Shown: piece by piece, positions 42,341 through 52,586 of the stretch
How the letters are laid out: every line of letters starts with the position of its first letter
Position numbering within the stretch: the first letter of the stretch is position 1
Assembly (NCBI GenBank): GCA_902602695.1
Contig: CACKRO010000001.1
Span: 30,672-94,671 of the forward strand
Length of the DNA stretch: 64,000 nt
Reading direction: 5' to 3'
Source: an uncultured Alphaproteobacteria bacterium
GTDB lineage: Bacteria; Pseudomonadota; Alphaproteobacteria; HIMB59; GCA-002718135
Made by a program: the position numbers and the translations under genes
The notes under the pieces: model-generated
The model's database searches: none
The model's input: only the letters and a program-made list of their open reading frames with translations
What the model was told of the DNA's origin: nothing

Positions 42341-44044
42341 ATGGATAAATTTGTTTCTCAAACTGAAACTTCTTTAAAAAAGAAGAAAAGACGTTGGACT
42401 CCAAAAGGAAGACAAGTCGAAGATAAATATTTAGATGAAGTTTCTAAATTGTTTCCAGGATTAATATTTAAGCGAGATGAATTAATAGAATATTTGCATA
42501 TATTACAGGATAAATTTGGTGTTTTGTATGATAAGCATCTGGTAGCTTTATCAACTATTATTAACTTACCACTTTCTGAAATTTATGAAGTTGCAACTTT
42601 TTATGCTCACTTTAATATTGTCAAAGATAGTAAAGATTATAACCCAGTGAATGTTGTAAGGGTTTGTGAAAGTTTAACTTGTGAATTATTTGGAGCACAT
42701 AAATTACTTCAAGATATAAAAAAATTAGAAAATAAAAATATAAAAGTCGTACCTGGGCCATGTATGGGAAGATGCAATGTTGCTCCTACTGTTTGCGTAG
42801 GAAAAAATTATGTTGATGTGGCTAATTTTGATAAAGTTAAAAAAACAATCGATGAAAAGAATTTTGAACCCTTCATTTCAGATTATACAAATTTATCTTC
42901 TTATAAAAAAAATGGAGGTTATGAAATTGCGAAAAAAATAAAAAATGGTGTTATCTCAAAAAAACAAGTTTTGGATTCATTAAATGATAGCGGCTTGAAA
43001 GGTAAGGGTGGGGCTGGATTTCCTACAGGAAAAAAATGGGAAATTGTTTCAAACTACAATGGTAAAAAATATGTTGCTGTTAATGGTGATGAAGGTGAAC
43101 CAGGAACATTTAAAGATAGGTCATATTTAGAAAGTGATCCACATAGATTTTTAGAAGGAGCTTTAATTGCCTCCTATTTTATAAATGCTCAAAAAGTTTA
43201 CATATATATGAGAGATGAATACCCAACAGTCATAAAAATTTTAATTGATGAAATAAATAAAATGGAAGATGAAGAAATAATTCCCAAAGATTTTTTCATA
43301 GTAAGAAGAGGGGCTGGAGCGTATATTTGTGGAGAAGAGTCAGCAATGATTGAAAGTATTGAAGGCAAAAGAGGATTGCCAAGGCATAGACCGCCTTATG
43401 TGGCTGAAATTGGTTTATTTGGATGTCCTACTTTAACAAATAATTTAGAAACTCTTTTTTGGGTAAGAGATATAATTGAAAAAGGTGCAAAGTGGTTTGC
43501 TGAAAAGGGGTCCAATGGAAATAAAGGTTTTCATAGTTTTTCAGTATCTGGAAGAGTAAAGAACCCAGGAGTAAAAGTTGCCCCAGCAGGTATAACAATT
43601 CAACAATTAATTGATGAGTATTGTGATGGTATGGCAGATGGACATACTTTTAAAGGATATCTTCCGGGAGGTGCATCTGGAGGTATTCTTCCCGCTACCA
43701 TGAATAATATTCCACTTGATTATGGATCGAAAGAATTAATGGATGCCGGATGTTTTTTAGGTTCAGCGGCAGTAGTTGTATTATCGGATCATGATAATAT
43801 GAAAGATGTTGCACTTAATTTACTTAAATTTTTTGAAGAGGAAAGTTGTGGTCAATGTACACCTTGCCGTTCCGGTACGGAGAAAACTGTTAAATTAATG
43901 CAAGAAAAAAATTGGAACAAGGAAAAATTAAAAGATTTAAGTGAAGTTATGGCTCAAGCATCGATATGTGGTTTAGGACAAGCTGCAACAAACCCATTAA
44001 ATTCTGTTTTAAAATATTTTAGCAATGAAATAACCTATGACTAA
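42341..44044 (+). CDS. NAD-dependent formate dehydrogenase beta (diaphorase) subunit, NuoE-like + NuoF-like fusion
   Basis: VATFY and 2Fe-2S cysteines, GKGGAGFP, DEGEPGTFKD, GAYICGEESA, ESCGQCTPCR, SICGLG. Confidence 0.9.
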   Translation: MDKFVSQTETSLKKKKRRWTPKGRQVEDKYLDEVSKLFPGLIFKRDELIEYLHILQDKFGVLYDKHLVALSTIINLPLSEIYEVATFYAHFNIVKDSKDYNPVNVVRVCESLTCELFGAHKLLQDIKKLENKNIKVVPGPCMGRCNVAPTVCVGKNYVDVANFDKVKKTIDEKNFEPFISDYTNLSSYKKNGGYEIAKKIKNGVISKKQVLDSLNDSGLKGKGGAGFPTGKKWEIVSNYNGKKYVAVNGDEGEPGTFKDRSYLESDPHRFLEGALIASYFINAQKVYIYMRDEYPTVIKILIDEINKMEDEEIIPKDFFIVRRGAGAYICGEESAMIESIEGKRGLPRHRPPYVAEIGLFGCPTLTNNLETLFWVRDIIEKGAKWFAEKGSNGNKGFHSFSVSGRVKNPGVKVAPAGITIQQLIDEYCDGMADGHTFKGYLPGGASGGILPATMNNIPLDYGSKELMDAGCFLGSAAVVVLSDHDNMKDVALNLLKFFEEESCGQCTPCRSGTEKTVKLMQEKNWNKEKLKDLSEVMAQASICGLGQAATNPLNSVLKYFSNEITYD

Positions 44045-46790
44045 AGAGAAAACAAAATTTTATTTAGACGAAAAGTTAGTTGAAGCAAATGGTGATGAAA
44101 CTATTTGGCAAGTTGCAAATAGACTTGGAACAGAAATCCCACATTTATGTTATTCCGATAAACCTGGCTATAGAGCAGATGGAAATTGTAGAGCATGTAT
44201 GGTTGAAATTGAGGGAGAACATGTGTTGGCAGCATCTTGTATTAGAAAGCCAACCGATAGTATGAAAGTAAAAACTTCTTCAGAAAAGGCTAAAAAATCT
44301 AGAGAGTTAGTTTTTGAATTACTTCTAGCAGACCAGCCAGAAAAAGAAATTGCTCATGATAATAATTCTGATTTTTGGAAATGGATCGACAAAGTTGAAG
44401 TTAGAGAAAGTAGATTTCCAAAAAAAAATTCATGTCAAGCAGATGTTTCTCATCCAAGTATGGCTGTAAATTTAGATGCATGCATCCAATGTAATCTCTG
44501 TGTAAGAGCATGCAGAGAAGTCCAGGTAAACGATGTGATCGGAATGGCATATCGAGGAGAAAATTCTAAAATTGTATTTGATTTTGATGATCCAATGGGT
44601 GACAGCACATGTGTGGCATGTGGTGAATGTGTACAAGCTTGTCCAACTGGAGCATTAATGCCGGCATCCATCGTAGATAAGGATGGTGTTGGCCACACTA
44701 AGGTAGATAAAAAAATTGATAGCGTTTGTCCTTATTGTGGTGTTGGTTGTCAGATAGAATACAATGTAAAAGATAACAAAATTAAATACGTTAATGGTGT
44801 TGATGGTCCTGCCAACAAGAATAGATTATGCGTAAAAGGAAGATTTGGTTTTGATTATGTAAATAATCCAGAAAGACTTACAAAACCATTGATTAGAATT
44901 AAAAATAAACCAAAAGACTTACACCCAAGTATTAACTTTTCAAATATTCATGAATATTTTAAAGAAGTATCTTGGGATGAAGCTTTAGATTATGCAGCAC
45001 AAGGATTTTTAAAACTTAAAAAACAAAGAAATGGCAAAAGTAATCTTGCAGGTTTTGGATCAGCTAAATGTTCAAATGAAGAGGCATATTTATTTCAAAA
45101 ATTAATACGAACTGGTTTCAATACTAATAATGTTGATCATTGTACAAGACTTTGTCATGCGTCTTCTGTAGCTGCTCTATTGGAAACGATTGGTTCAGGA
45201 GCTGTTACTGCTCCATTCTATGAAGTTGAACATTCTGATGTGATAATAGTCATTGGTGCTAATCCGACTGAAAACCATCCAGTAGCAGCAACTTTTTTTA
45301 AAAACGCTGCAAAAAAAGGTTCCAAATTAATTGTGATGGATCCTAGAGGTCATTCCTTAAAAAAACATGCAACTCATATGTTACAATTTAAATCAGGATC
45401 TGATGTTGCTCTCTTAAACTCAATAATGAATGTTATTGTTGAAGAAAATTTATTTAATTCTCAATACATTAAAAAACAAACTGAAGGATTTGAAAAATTA
45501 AGAAAACATTTAATGAATTATTCACCTGATATAATGGAAAATGAAACAGGTATTGATCCAGAGCTAATAAGAGAAGTTGCACGCTTATATGCCAGTACAA
45601 ATAAGGGAATTATTTTCTGGGGGATGGGCATTTCTCAACATACACATGGTACCGACAATGCAAGATGTTTAATTTCTCTAGCTTTAATGACAGGAAATGT
45701 TGGAAAAAGAGGTTCTGGTTTGCATCCTTTGAGAGGACAAAATAATGTTCAAGGAGCATCTGATGCTGGTCTTATACCAATGATGTTCCCTGATTACCAA
45801 TTAGTTGATAAAGATAATAATAAAGATTTTTTTGAAAAACTTTGGAACACTCCTTTAGATGATAAAAAAGGTCTAACTGTTGTTGAAATTATGGACGCTA
45901 TTCATGAGAATACAATTAAAGGTATGTATATACTTGGTGAAAATCCAGCAATGTCAGACCCTGATCTTAATCATGCAAGAGAATCTTTGCAAATGTTAGA
46001 GCATTTAGTTGTTCAAGATATTTTTTTAACTGAAACAGCAACATATGCGGATGTTATTTTCCCAGCTTCAGCATGGCCTGAAAAAAATGGAACAGTTACT
46101 AATACTAATAGACAAGTACAAATGGGAAGAAAAGCTTTAGACTCGCCAGGTCAAGCAAAAGAAGATTGGTGGATAACAAACGAACTTGGAAAAAGAATGG
46201 GTTTAAATTGGAAATATAAACATCCCAAAGAAATTTATGAAGAAATGTCACTAACAATGCCTTCATTAAACAATATATCTTGGGAAAGATTAGAAAATGA
46301 AAACTCTGTAACTTATCCAAGTAAATCTCTAACTACACCAGGAGAAGAAATTGTTTTTGGTGATAAATTTCCAAATGAAAATGGTAAAGGTAAATTTGTT
46401 CCAGCTAGTGTGACAGCACCAGATGAAGTACCTGATAAAGAATTTTCGATGATACTAACTACAGGAAGGCAATTAGAGCATTGGCATACTGGAGCTATGA
46501 CTAGAAAAGCGACAAATTTAGATGCTATTGAACCAGAAGCTTCAGTTTCAATATCACCTCAAGATATAATTAAAAATAATATGAAAGCTGGTGATAAAAT
46601 AAAAGTTTCAACTAGAAGGGGTTCTATAGATATCAGAGTAAGGCAAGACAGGGCGGTTCCTGACGGGGTCATATTTATCCCATTTTGTTATAATGAGTCA
46701 GCCGCTAATCTTTTAACAAACCCAGCTTTAGATCCATATGGAAAAATTCCTGAATTTAAATATTGTGCAGCAAAAATTGAGAAGTTATAA
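44037..46790 (+). CDS. fdhF: NAD-dependent formate dehydrogenase alpha subunit (Mo/W-bisPGD, Cys ligand)
   Basis: N-terminal 2Fe-2S and 4Fe-4S motifs, CPYCGVGC, DHCTRLCH, PLRGQNNVQG, TTGR, PEFK. Confidence 0.93.
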   Translation: MTKEKTKFYLDEKLVEANGDETIWQVANRLGTEIPHLCYSDKPGYRADGNCRACMVEIEGEHVLAASCIRKPTDSMKVKTSSEKAKKSRELVFELLLADQPEKEIAHDNNSDFWKWIDKVEVRESRFPKKNSCQADVSHPSMAVNLDACIQCNLCVRACREVQVNDVIGMAYRGENSKIVFDFDDPMGDSTCVACGECVQACPTGALMPASIVDKDGVGHTKVDKKIDSVCPYCGVGCQIEYNVKDNKIKYVNGVDGPANKNRLCVKGRFGFDYVNNPERLTKPLIRIKNKPKDLHPSINFSNIHEYFKEVSWDEALDYAAQGFLKLKKQRNGKSNLAGFGSAKCSNEEAYLFQKLIRTGFNTNNVDHCTRLCHASSVAALLETIGSGAVTAPFYEVEHSDVIIVIGANPTENHPVAATFFKNAAKKGSKLIVMDPRGHSLKKHATHMLQFKSGSDVALLNSIMNVIVEENLFNSQYIKKQTEGFEKLRKHLMNYSPDIMENETGIDPELIREVARLYASTNKGIIFWGMGISQHTHGTDNARCLISLALMTGNVGKRGSGLHPLRGQNNVQGASDAGLIPMMFPDYQLVDKDNNKDFFEKLWNTPLDDKKGLTVVEIMDAIHENTIKGMYILGENPAMSDPDLNHARESLQMLEHLVVQDIFLTETATYADVIFPASAWPEKNGTVTNTNRQVQMGRKALDSPGQAKEDWWITNELGKRMGLNWKYKHPKEIYEEMSLTMPSLNNISWERLENENSVTYPSKSLTTPGEEIVFGDKFPNENGKGKFVPASVTAPDEVPDKEFSMILTTGRQLEHWHTGAMTRKATNLDAIEPEASVSISPQDIIKNNMKAGDKIKVSTRRGSIDIRVRQDRAVPDGVIFIPFCYNESAANLLTNPALDPYGKIPEFKYCAAKIEKL

Positions 46791-46797
46791 ATATTTT

Positions 46798-46920
46798 ATG
46801 ATTAAAAAAACTTTGATAATTTTATTTTTTGTATTTATTCCAATAACTGCTTGCTCTACCTTAAGTGAAATTAATGAAAGAGTAAAAGGTGATGGAGTTC
46901 CTTATATTCCTGGGATTTAA
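46798..46920 (+). CDS. small putative lipoprotein (40 aa)
   Basis: MIKKTLIILFFVFIPITACSTL...: KK, hydrophobic stretch and lipobox ITAC; ATG 8 nt after fdh stop. Confidence 0.6.
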   Translation: MIKKTLIILFFVFIPITACSTLSEINERVKGDGVPYIPGI

Positions 46921-46970
46921 CTTATAAAATTCTTGTCGAATTAATAATTTAATATAAATGCAAAATTAAT

Positions 46971-47046
<76 letters not shown>

Positions 47047-47058
47047 CCTTAATAAGAT

Positions 47059-47820
47059 TTAAGTTGAGTAAAACTGATATAAAGCAATCGATGTTGCATT
47101 AGAAACATTCAAACTATCAATTTCAAACTTTAAATTACTCTTAATATTTATTTGCATTATTTCATCACATTCCTTTTTTACTAATTCTCTAATACCTTTT
47201 CCTTCTGAACCAAAAACTAATACTGATTTTTGTGAAAAATTTAATTTTGAATTTTTATTTTTCAAACTGTCAAAACCATAAATCCAATAATTATTTTTTT
47301 TAAGAACAGAAATAGCTCTTCTTATATTTGTCACTCTAATATAATTTACAATTTCTGCAGCACCAGAAGCTGTTTTATAAAGTGATGAAGTCAATTCTGG
47401 TGAATTATCTTTGCCAACAATAATTCCTGCACAATCAAATAATGCACATGATCTCATTATTGAGCCAATATTTTGAGGGTCAGTTACTTGATCTAAAATT
47501 AATATTACTGATTTTGATTTCTTACTTTCTACTTTTATAAATTCTTCTAAACTGGGCCTAGTAAAATCTTTTGTTTTTAGAACTATTCCCTGTGTAGTGT
47601 TCTCATTTCCAAATCTTCTTGTAAATTCATTTTGCTGAAGAATTGTAATTTTTTCTATTTTAGATTCATATTTTTTGAGCAAATTAATATGATTTTTACT
47701 AATTATAAGCTCAATATGCTCTCTTTTATCATTTTGGATGGCTGCTTTAACAGAATGTTGACCAAAAATTGTATGAATTCCTTGATTTTTTTTAGATTGA
47801 TTATTTCTAAACTTACTCAT
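47059..47820 (-). CDS. rlmB: 23S rRNA (guanosine2251-2'-O)-methyltransferase
   Basis: LDQVTDPQNIGSIMR, GSEGKG, SLNVSNA; divergent from tRNA-Tyr. Confidence 0.9.
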   Translation of the reverse strand: MSKFRNNQSKKNQGIHTIFGQHSVKAAIQNDKREHIELIISKNHINLLKKYESKIEKITILQQNEFTRRFGNENTTQGIVLKTKDFTRPSLEEFIKVESKKSKSVILILDQVTDPQNIGSIMRSCALFDCAGIIVGKDNSPELTSSLYKTASGAAEIVNYIRVTNIRRAISVLKKNNYWIYGFDSLKNKNSKLNFSQKSVLVFGSEGKGIRELVKKECDEIMQINIKSNLKFEIDSLNVSNATSIALYQFYST

Positions 47821-47990
47821 GATATAATATCACAGATTTATCTAATTAATACAATCTAGATATGTACAAAATGTCATTTTTTGTCTAAAAGGCCGTTGCT
47901 TTTACGAGTATACGTATTTTGCAAGGGTGAAGTTGTTGTTTTAGATTGACATATATACTAATTTATTAGTATTGGCCAATTTCTTCAAAC

Positions 47991-48076
47991 GGAGGGGTGG
48001 TCGAGTGGTTAAAGGCAGCGGACTGTAAATCCGCCCGCGTGAGCGTACGTAGGTTCGAATCCTACCCCCTCCACCA
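47991..48076 (+). tRNA. tRNA-Tyr(GTA)
   Basis: GGAGGGG/CCCCTCC acceptor, CTGTAAA loop, long variable arm, CCA. Confidence 0.96.
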
Positions 48077-48134
48077 TTGTGGAGGTAACGGGATGAAAGC
48101 ATTAAAGTGAGTGTGTGAAGCAGTCAGTTTAGTT

Positions 48135-48208
48135 GCGGGTGTAGCTTAGTGGTAAAGCTCCAGCCTTCCAAGCTGGCTACGAGGGTTCGATTCCCTTCAC
48201 CCGCTCCA
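48135..48208 (+). tRNA. tRNA-Gly(TCC)
   Basis: GCGGGTG/CACCCGC acceptor, CTTCCAA loop, CCA. Confidence 0.96.
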
Positions 48209-48234
48209 TAACAAAATATTATTGGGGTAAAAAA

Positions 48235-49425
48235 ATGGCTAAAGCAAAATTCGAAAGAAACAAACCGCATTGTAACATAGGTACTGTTGGTCATGTTGAC
48301 CATGGTAAAACAACATTAACCGCTGCTATAACAAAAATATTAGCAGAGACAGGTGGAGCTGAATTTACAGATTATGCAAACATTGATAAAGCACCTGAGG
48401 AAAGAGAACGTGGTATCACAATATCTACCGCGCATGTTGAATATGAAACAGAGGCAAGACATTATGCTCACGTAGATTGTCCTGGACACGCAGATTATGT
48501 TAAAAACATGATCACTGGCGCTGCTCAAATGGATGGAGGTATCTTAGTTGTTAACGCAGCTGATGGACCAATGCCTCAAACAAGAGAACACATACTTTTA
48601 GCAAGACAGGTAGGTGTACCTGCACTTGTTGTATACATGAACAAAGTTGATCAAGTAGATGACAAAGAACTAATTGATCTAGTTGAAATGGAAATTAGAG
48701 AACTTTTAACATCTTATGAATTCCCTGGTGATACTATCCCAATCATTAAGGGTTCAGCTTTAGCAGCCTTAGAAGGTAGAGATGATGAAATTGGTAAAAA
48801 CTCAATTATGGAATTAATGAAAGCAGTTGACGAACATATACCACAACCTAGCCGACCTGTTGATCAGCCTTTCTTAATGCCTGTTGAGGATGTATTTTCA
48901 ATTTCTGGAAGAGGTACAGTTGTTACTGGAAGAATTGAACAAGGCCAAGTCAAAGTTGGAGAGGAGATTGAAATCTTAGGAATAAGAGAACCTCAAAAAA
49001 CTACTTGTACTGGAGTTGAAATGTTTAGAAAACTTTTAGACTCTGGTGAAGCTGGAGACAACGTTGGAGTTCTTCTTCGTGGCACAAAAAGAGAAGAAGT
49101 TGAGCGTGGTCAAGTATTAGCAAAACCTGGCTCAATAAAACCACATACGAAATTTAAAGCAGAAGCATATGTCTTAAAAAAAGAAGAAGGTGGAAGACAC
49201 ACTCCATTCTTTTCTAATTATAGACCTCAATTCTACTTTAGAACAACTGATGTAACTGGAACTATTAAATTACCAGAGGGTACTGAAATGGTTATGCCTG
49301 GTGATAATATTGCGATGGAAGTAACTCTTTTATCTCCAATAGCCATGGATAAAGGTTTAAAATTTGCAATAAGAGAAGGTGGTAGAACAGTTGGCGCTGG
49401 AGTTGTTGCTGAAATTATTGAATAG
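48235..49425 (+). CDS. tuf: elongation factor Tu
   Basis: [24 protein letters not shown]. Confidence 0.98.
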   Translation: MAKAKFERNKPHCNIGTVGHVDHGKTTLTAAITKILAETGGAEFTDYANIDKAPEERERGITISTAHVEYETEARHYAHVDCPGHADYVKNMITGAAQMDGGILVVNAADGPMPQTREHILLARQVGVPALVVYMNKVDQVDDKELIDLVEMEIRELLTSYEFPGDTIPIIKGSALAALEGRDDEIGKNSIMELMKAVDEHIPQPSRPVDQPFLMPVEDVFSISGRGTVVTGRIEQGQVKVGEEIEILGIREPQKTTCTGVEMFRKLLDSGEAGDNVGVLLRGTKREEVERGQVLAKPGSIKPHTKFKAEAYVLKKEEGGRHTPFFSNYRPQFYFRTTDVTGTIKLPEGTEMVMPGDNIAMEVTLLSPIAMDKGLKFAIREGGRTVGAGVVAEIIE

Positions 49426-49466
49426 TTTTAGAGACCGCTTTATCAGTTAGCCAATACTTACATAAT

Positions 49467-49542
49467 AGGAGTGTAGCTCAACTGGTAGAGCACCGGTCTC
49501 CAAAACCGGGGGCTGCGGGTTCAAGTCCTGCCACTCCTGCCA
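49467..49542 (+). tRNA. tRNA-Trp(CCA)
   Basis: AGGAGTG/CACTCCT acceptor, CTCCAAA loop, CCA. Confidence 0.96.
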
Positions 49543-49556
49543 AATAAATTAAAGTT

Positions 49557-49772
49557 ATGAACATTGAAAAGAAAAAAACATCACCAGCTCTTTTTGTAAG
49601 ACAAGTAAGACAAGAATTACAAAAAATAACCTGGCCTCAAAGAAGAGATACCTTCATCTCTTCGGCTATAGTAATATTGTTAATAATTTTATTTTCTTTA
49701 TTTTTTCTTCTTACTGATCAAATTTGGTCATTCTCAATTAGGAAGATAATTGAAATAGGATCGGGTTTTTAA
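49557..49772 (+). CDS. secE: preprotein translocase SecE
   Basis: FVRQVRQELQKITWP + TM; between tRNA-Trp and nusG. Confidence 0.92.
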   Translation: MNIEKKKTSPALFVRQVRQELQKITWPQRRDTFISSAIVILLIILFSLFFLLTDQIWSFSIRKIIEIGSGF

Positions 49773-50305
49773 TGAATAAGGCAAGATGGTACGTTCTTCA
49801 TGCATACTCAGGGTATGAAAAAAAGGTTGCAGACAGTATTTTAGATCAAGCAACAAAACTTGGTGTCAATGAACATATTGAAGAAATATCAGTCCCTATT
49901 CAGAATATTGTCGAGGTTAAAAGAGGTGTAAGAGTTAATACTGAAAGAAAAATTTTTCCTGGATACATACTAATTAAGATGAGCTTAAATGATGATACTT
50001 GGCACATAATTAAAACAACACCTAAGCTTAGTGGTTTTTTAGGCAACAAAGGAAAACCTGTTCCTATTAGTAATGCTGAAGCAAAGAGAATTTCAGAACA
50101 AGTAGTTGATGGCGTTGAAAAATCTAGACCAGCTGTAATGTATGATGTTGGAGAACAAGTTAAAGTAATTGATGGGCCATTTGCTTCTTTTAATGGTGAA
50201 ATCGAACAGATTGATGAAGATAAAGCAAGACTTAGAGTTGCGGTATCAATTTTTGGAAGATCAACTCCTGTTGACTTAGAATATTCACAGGTAGAAAAGG
50301 TTTAA
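49772..50305 (+). CDS. nusG: transcription factor NusG
   Basis: WYVLHAYSGYE, FPGY, KOW DGPFASF, IFGRSTP. Confidence 0.97.
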   Translation: MNKARWYVLHAYSGYEKKVADSILDQATKLGVNEHIEEISVPIQNIVEVKRGVRVNTERKIFPGYILIKMSLNDDTWHIIKTTPKLSGFLGNKGKPVPISNAEAKRISEQVVDGVEKSRPAVMYDVGEQVKVIDGPFASFNGEIEQIDEDKARLRVAVSIFGRSTPVDLEYSQVEKV

Positions 50306-50308
50306 GTT

Positions 50309-50737
50309 ATGGCTAAAGAAATATTAGGATTAATTAAATTACAAATTCCAGCTGGAGGAGCAAATCCTTCTCCACCTGTTGGACCTGCACTTGGGCAAAG
50401 AGGTCTTAACATTATGGATTTTTGCAAAGCTTTCAATGATAAAACAAAAGATTTAGAAAAAGGCGCTCCAATTCCAGTTATTATAACTGCTTACAAAGAT
50501 AGAAGTTTTGATTTTACTACAAAATTACCTCCGGTAAGTTATTATTTAAAAAAAGCTGCCAAAATAAAAAAAGGTAATTCAACTCCAGGAAGAAGTCTTG
50601 TTGGTAAAGTCTCAATGCAAGATATTGAAAAAATTGCAAAAGAAAAAATGAATGATTTAAATGCTATAGATTTAAATGGTGCAATGAATATGGTTAAAGG
50701 ATCTGCCGTTTCAATGGGAATGGAGGTAGTAAGTTAA
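50309..50737 (+). CDS. rplK: 50S ribosomal protein L11
   Basis: [13 protein letters not shown]. Confidence 0.97.
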   Translation: MAKEILGLIKLQIPAGGANPSPPVGPALGQRGLNIMDFCKAFNDKTKDLEKGAPIPVIITAYKDRSFDFTTKLPPVSYYLKKAAKIKKGNSTPGRSLVGKVSMQDIEKIAKEKMNDLNAIDLNGAMNMVKGSAVSMGMEVVS

Positions 50738-51426
50738 TGAAAATTACAAAAAATAGAAAAATTTTACTTAATAATTTTGATGCAGGTAAAGTTTATGAGC
50801 CACTAGAAGCTATAAAAATTTTAAAAGAGAAATCTTTTGTAAAGTTTAACGAGACAATAGACATCTCTATTAATTTAGGGATTGATACCAATAAAACAGA
50901 TCAAAATATTAAAGGTGTTATAAATCTTCCTAAAGGCTCAGGAAAAAAAGTTAAAGTGGCTGTCATTGCAAATCAAGATAAACTTGATGAAGCTAGAAGT
51001 AATGGTGCGGATATAGTGGGTAGTGAGGATTTAATTGAAACAATATCTAAATCTAAAATAGATTTTGATATACTGATTGCAACTCCTGATATGATGCCAA
51101 AACTTGGTAAAGTTGCAAAAATATTAGGTCCAAAAGGTTTAATGCCAAACCCTAAGCTTGGAACAGTGACAAATGAAATTTCTAAATCAGTAAAAGATGC
51201 AAAATCTGGTCAGGTAAAATTTAAGAATGACAAATCAGGTATTGTGCATGCTGGTGTTGGTAAAATAGATTTTAGTGAAGAAGATTTGTTAGAAAATATT
51301 AAAACATTTTATTCTTCAGTGGTTAAAAGTAAACCTGAAACCACTAAGGGTTCTTTTATAAAAAAGGTTACCATAGCTTCAACTATGGGAATTGGATTAA
51401 CTATTAATCAAGCTAGCTTGAGGTAA
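50737..51426 (+). CDS. rplA: 50S ribosomal protein L1
   Basis: LGPKGLMPNPK.GTV, STMG. Confidence 0.97.
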   Translation: MKITKNRKILLNNFDAGKVYEPLEAIKILKEKSFVKFNETIDISINLGIDTNKTDQNIKGVINLPKGSGKKVKVAVIANQDKLDEARSNGADIVGSEDLIETISKSKIDFDILIATPDMMPKLGKVAKILGPKGLMPNPKLGTVTNEISKSVKDAKSGQVKFKNDKSGIVHAGVGKIDFSEEDLLENIKTFYSSVVKSKPETTKGSFIKKVTIASTMGIGLTINQASLR

Positions 51427-51456
51427 TTAATCCTATAAGATGATCTATGATCATCA

Positions 51457-51534
51457 CCTGTCAAAGACTGCAGGAGCTTTTAGCTTAATTTCCTGCATAG
51501 ACTGAAGCGAGTCATTGATTTGCTTCTTGACAGG
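51457..51534 (+). promoter_or_regulatory. ribosomal protein L10 leader (cis-regulatory RNA)
   Basis: CCTGTCAA...TTGACAGG closing stem enclosing AAGAC-TGCAGG...TTAA...CCTGCA-TAGAC core upstream of rplJ. Confidence 0.8.
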
Positions 51535-51610
51535 CTTTAAGTTAGTTTGGTGGGCAAACTAATTTTAGCTAATATTGGATCTTTTGGATCCAATTAAAAC
51601 CGAGGTTGAC

Positions 51611-52132
51611 GTGAAACGTTCTGAAAAAAAAGATTTTGTAAGTAATCTCAAAGAAGATTTTTCAAATGCTACTTCTGTAATTGTAGCTGAATATTCTGGG
51701 CTAACAGTTAATGAAACAGAGCAACTAAGAAAAGAAATGAGAGATAATGGAGCAAAATTTAAAGTAACTAAGAACAGACTCACTAAACTTGCTATATCGG
51801 AAACTCAATTTAAAGATATTTCAGAGCTTTTTAAAGGTCCAACAGCAATTGCTTATTCTGATGATGCGGTAGCACCAGCAAAAGTAGCAGTTAGTTTTGA
51901 GAAAAAATTTGAAAAGTTTAGAATTATTGGTGGAGGTTATAATGGTGAGAAAATTGATAAAGAAAAAATTGATTTTCTTGCAAAATTACCTTCTTTAGAT
52001 GAATTAAGAGGAAAAATAATAGGATTAATTTCTGCACCTGCTCAAAAGATAGCTTCAATTACAGCTGAACCAGGGGCACAAATTGCAAGATTAATTAGTT
52101 CTAATAGTAGCAATAAACAAGAGTCGAACTAG
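51611..52132 (+). CDS. rplJ: 50S ribosomal protein L10
   Basis: GTG start 51611 after SD GAGGT; YSGLTV, KVTKNRL, LPS. Confidence 0.95.
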   Translation: MKRSEKKDFVSNLKEDFSNATSVIVAEYSGLTVNETEQLRKEMRDNGAKFKVTKNRLTKLAISETQFKDISELFKGPTAIAYSDDAVAPAKVAVSFEKKFEKFRIIGGGYNGEKIDKEKIDFLAKLPSLDELRGKIIGLISAPAQKIASITAEPGAQIARLISSNSSNKQESN

Positions 52133-52150
52133 GTAAATAAGGAGAAATAA

Positions 52151-52528
52151 ATGGCTGATTTAAATAAGATTGTTGAAGATCTCTCTTCACTAACTGTCCT
52201 TGAGGCTGCTGAATTAAGCAAATTGCTTGAGGAAAAATGGGGCGTATCTGCCGCTGCCCCAGTCGCAGTTGCTGCAGCACCTGCTGCAGGTGGTGGAGAA
52301 GCTGCTGCAGAAGAGAAGACAGAATTCGATGTTGAATTATCTGAAGCTGGATCAAACAAGATTGCAGTTATTAAAGAAGTTAGAACTATTACTGGTCTTG
52401 GCTTAAAAGAAGCAAAAGATCTAGTGGAAGGCGCACCTAAACCACTTAAACAAGGGGTTAAAAAAGAAGAAGCTGAGGAAATGAAAAAAACATTAGAAGC
52501 AGCTGGCGCTAAAGTTACACTTAAATAA
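52151..52528 (+). CDS. rplL: 50S ribosomal protein L7/L12
   Basis: [30 protein letters not shown]. Confidence 0.97.
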   Translation: MADLNKIVEDLSSLTVLEAAELSKLLEEKWGVSAAAPVAVAAAPAAGGGEAAAEEKTEFDVELSEAGSNKIAVIKEVRTITGLGLKEAKDLVEGAPKPLKQGVKKEEAEEMKKTLEAAGAKVTLK

Positions 52529-52557
52529 ATTGTAGGCCTTTAAAGGCCTATAATTTT
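52528..52557 (+). terminator. hairpin/attenuator between rplL and rpoB
   Basis: Perfect palindrome TAGGCCTTTAAAGGCCTA (52533-52550), extendable, followed by TTTT. Confidence 0.65.
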
Positions 52558-52586
52558 AATTGAGGAAAAAGAATAAAGGAGAAAAA

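Noticed and set aside
45130-45170. Possible selenocysteine in FDH alpha
   Set aside because: The ligand codon is TGT (Cys) in DHCTRLCH and there is no in-frame TGA.
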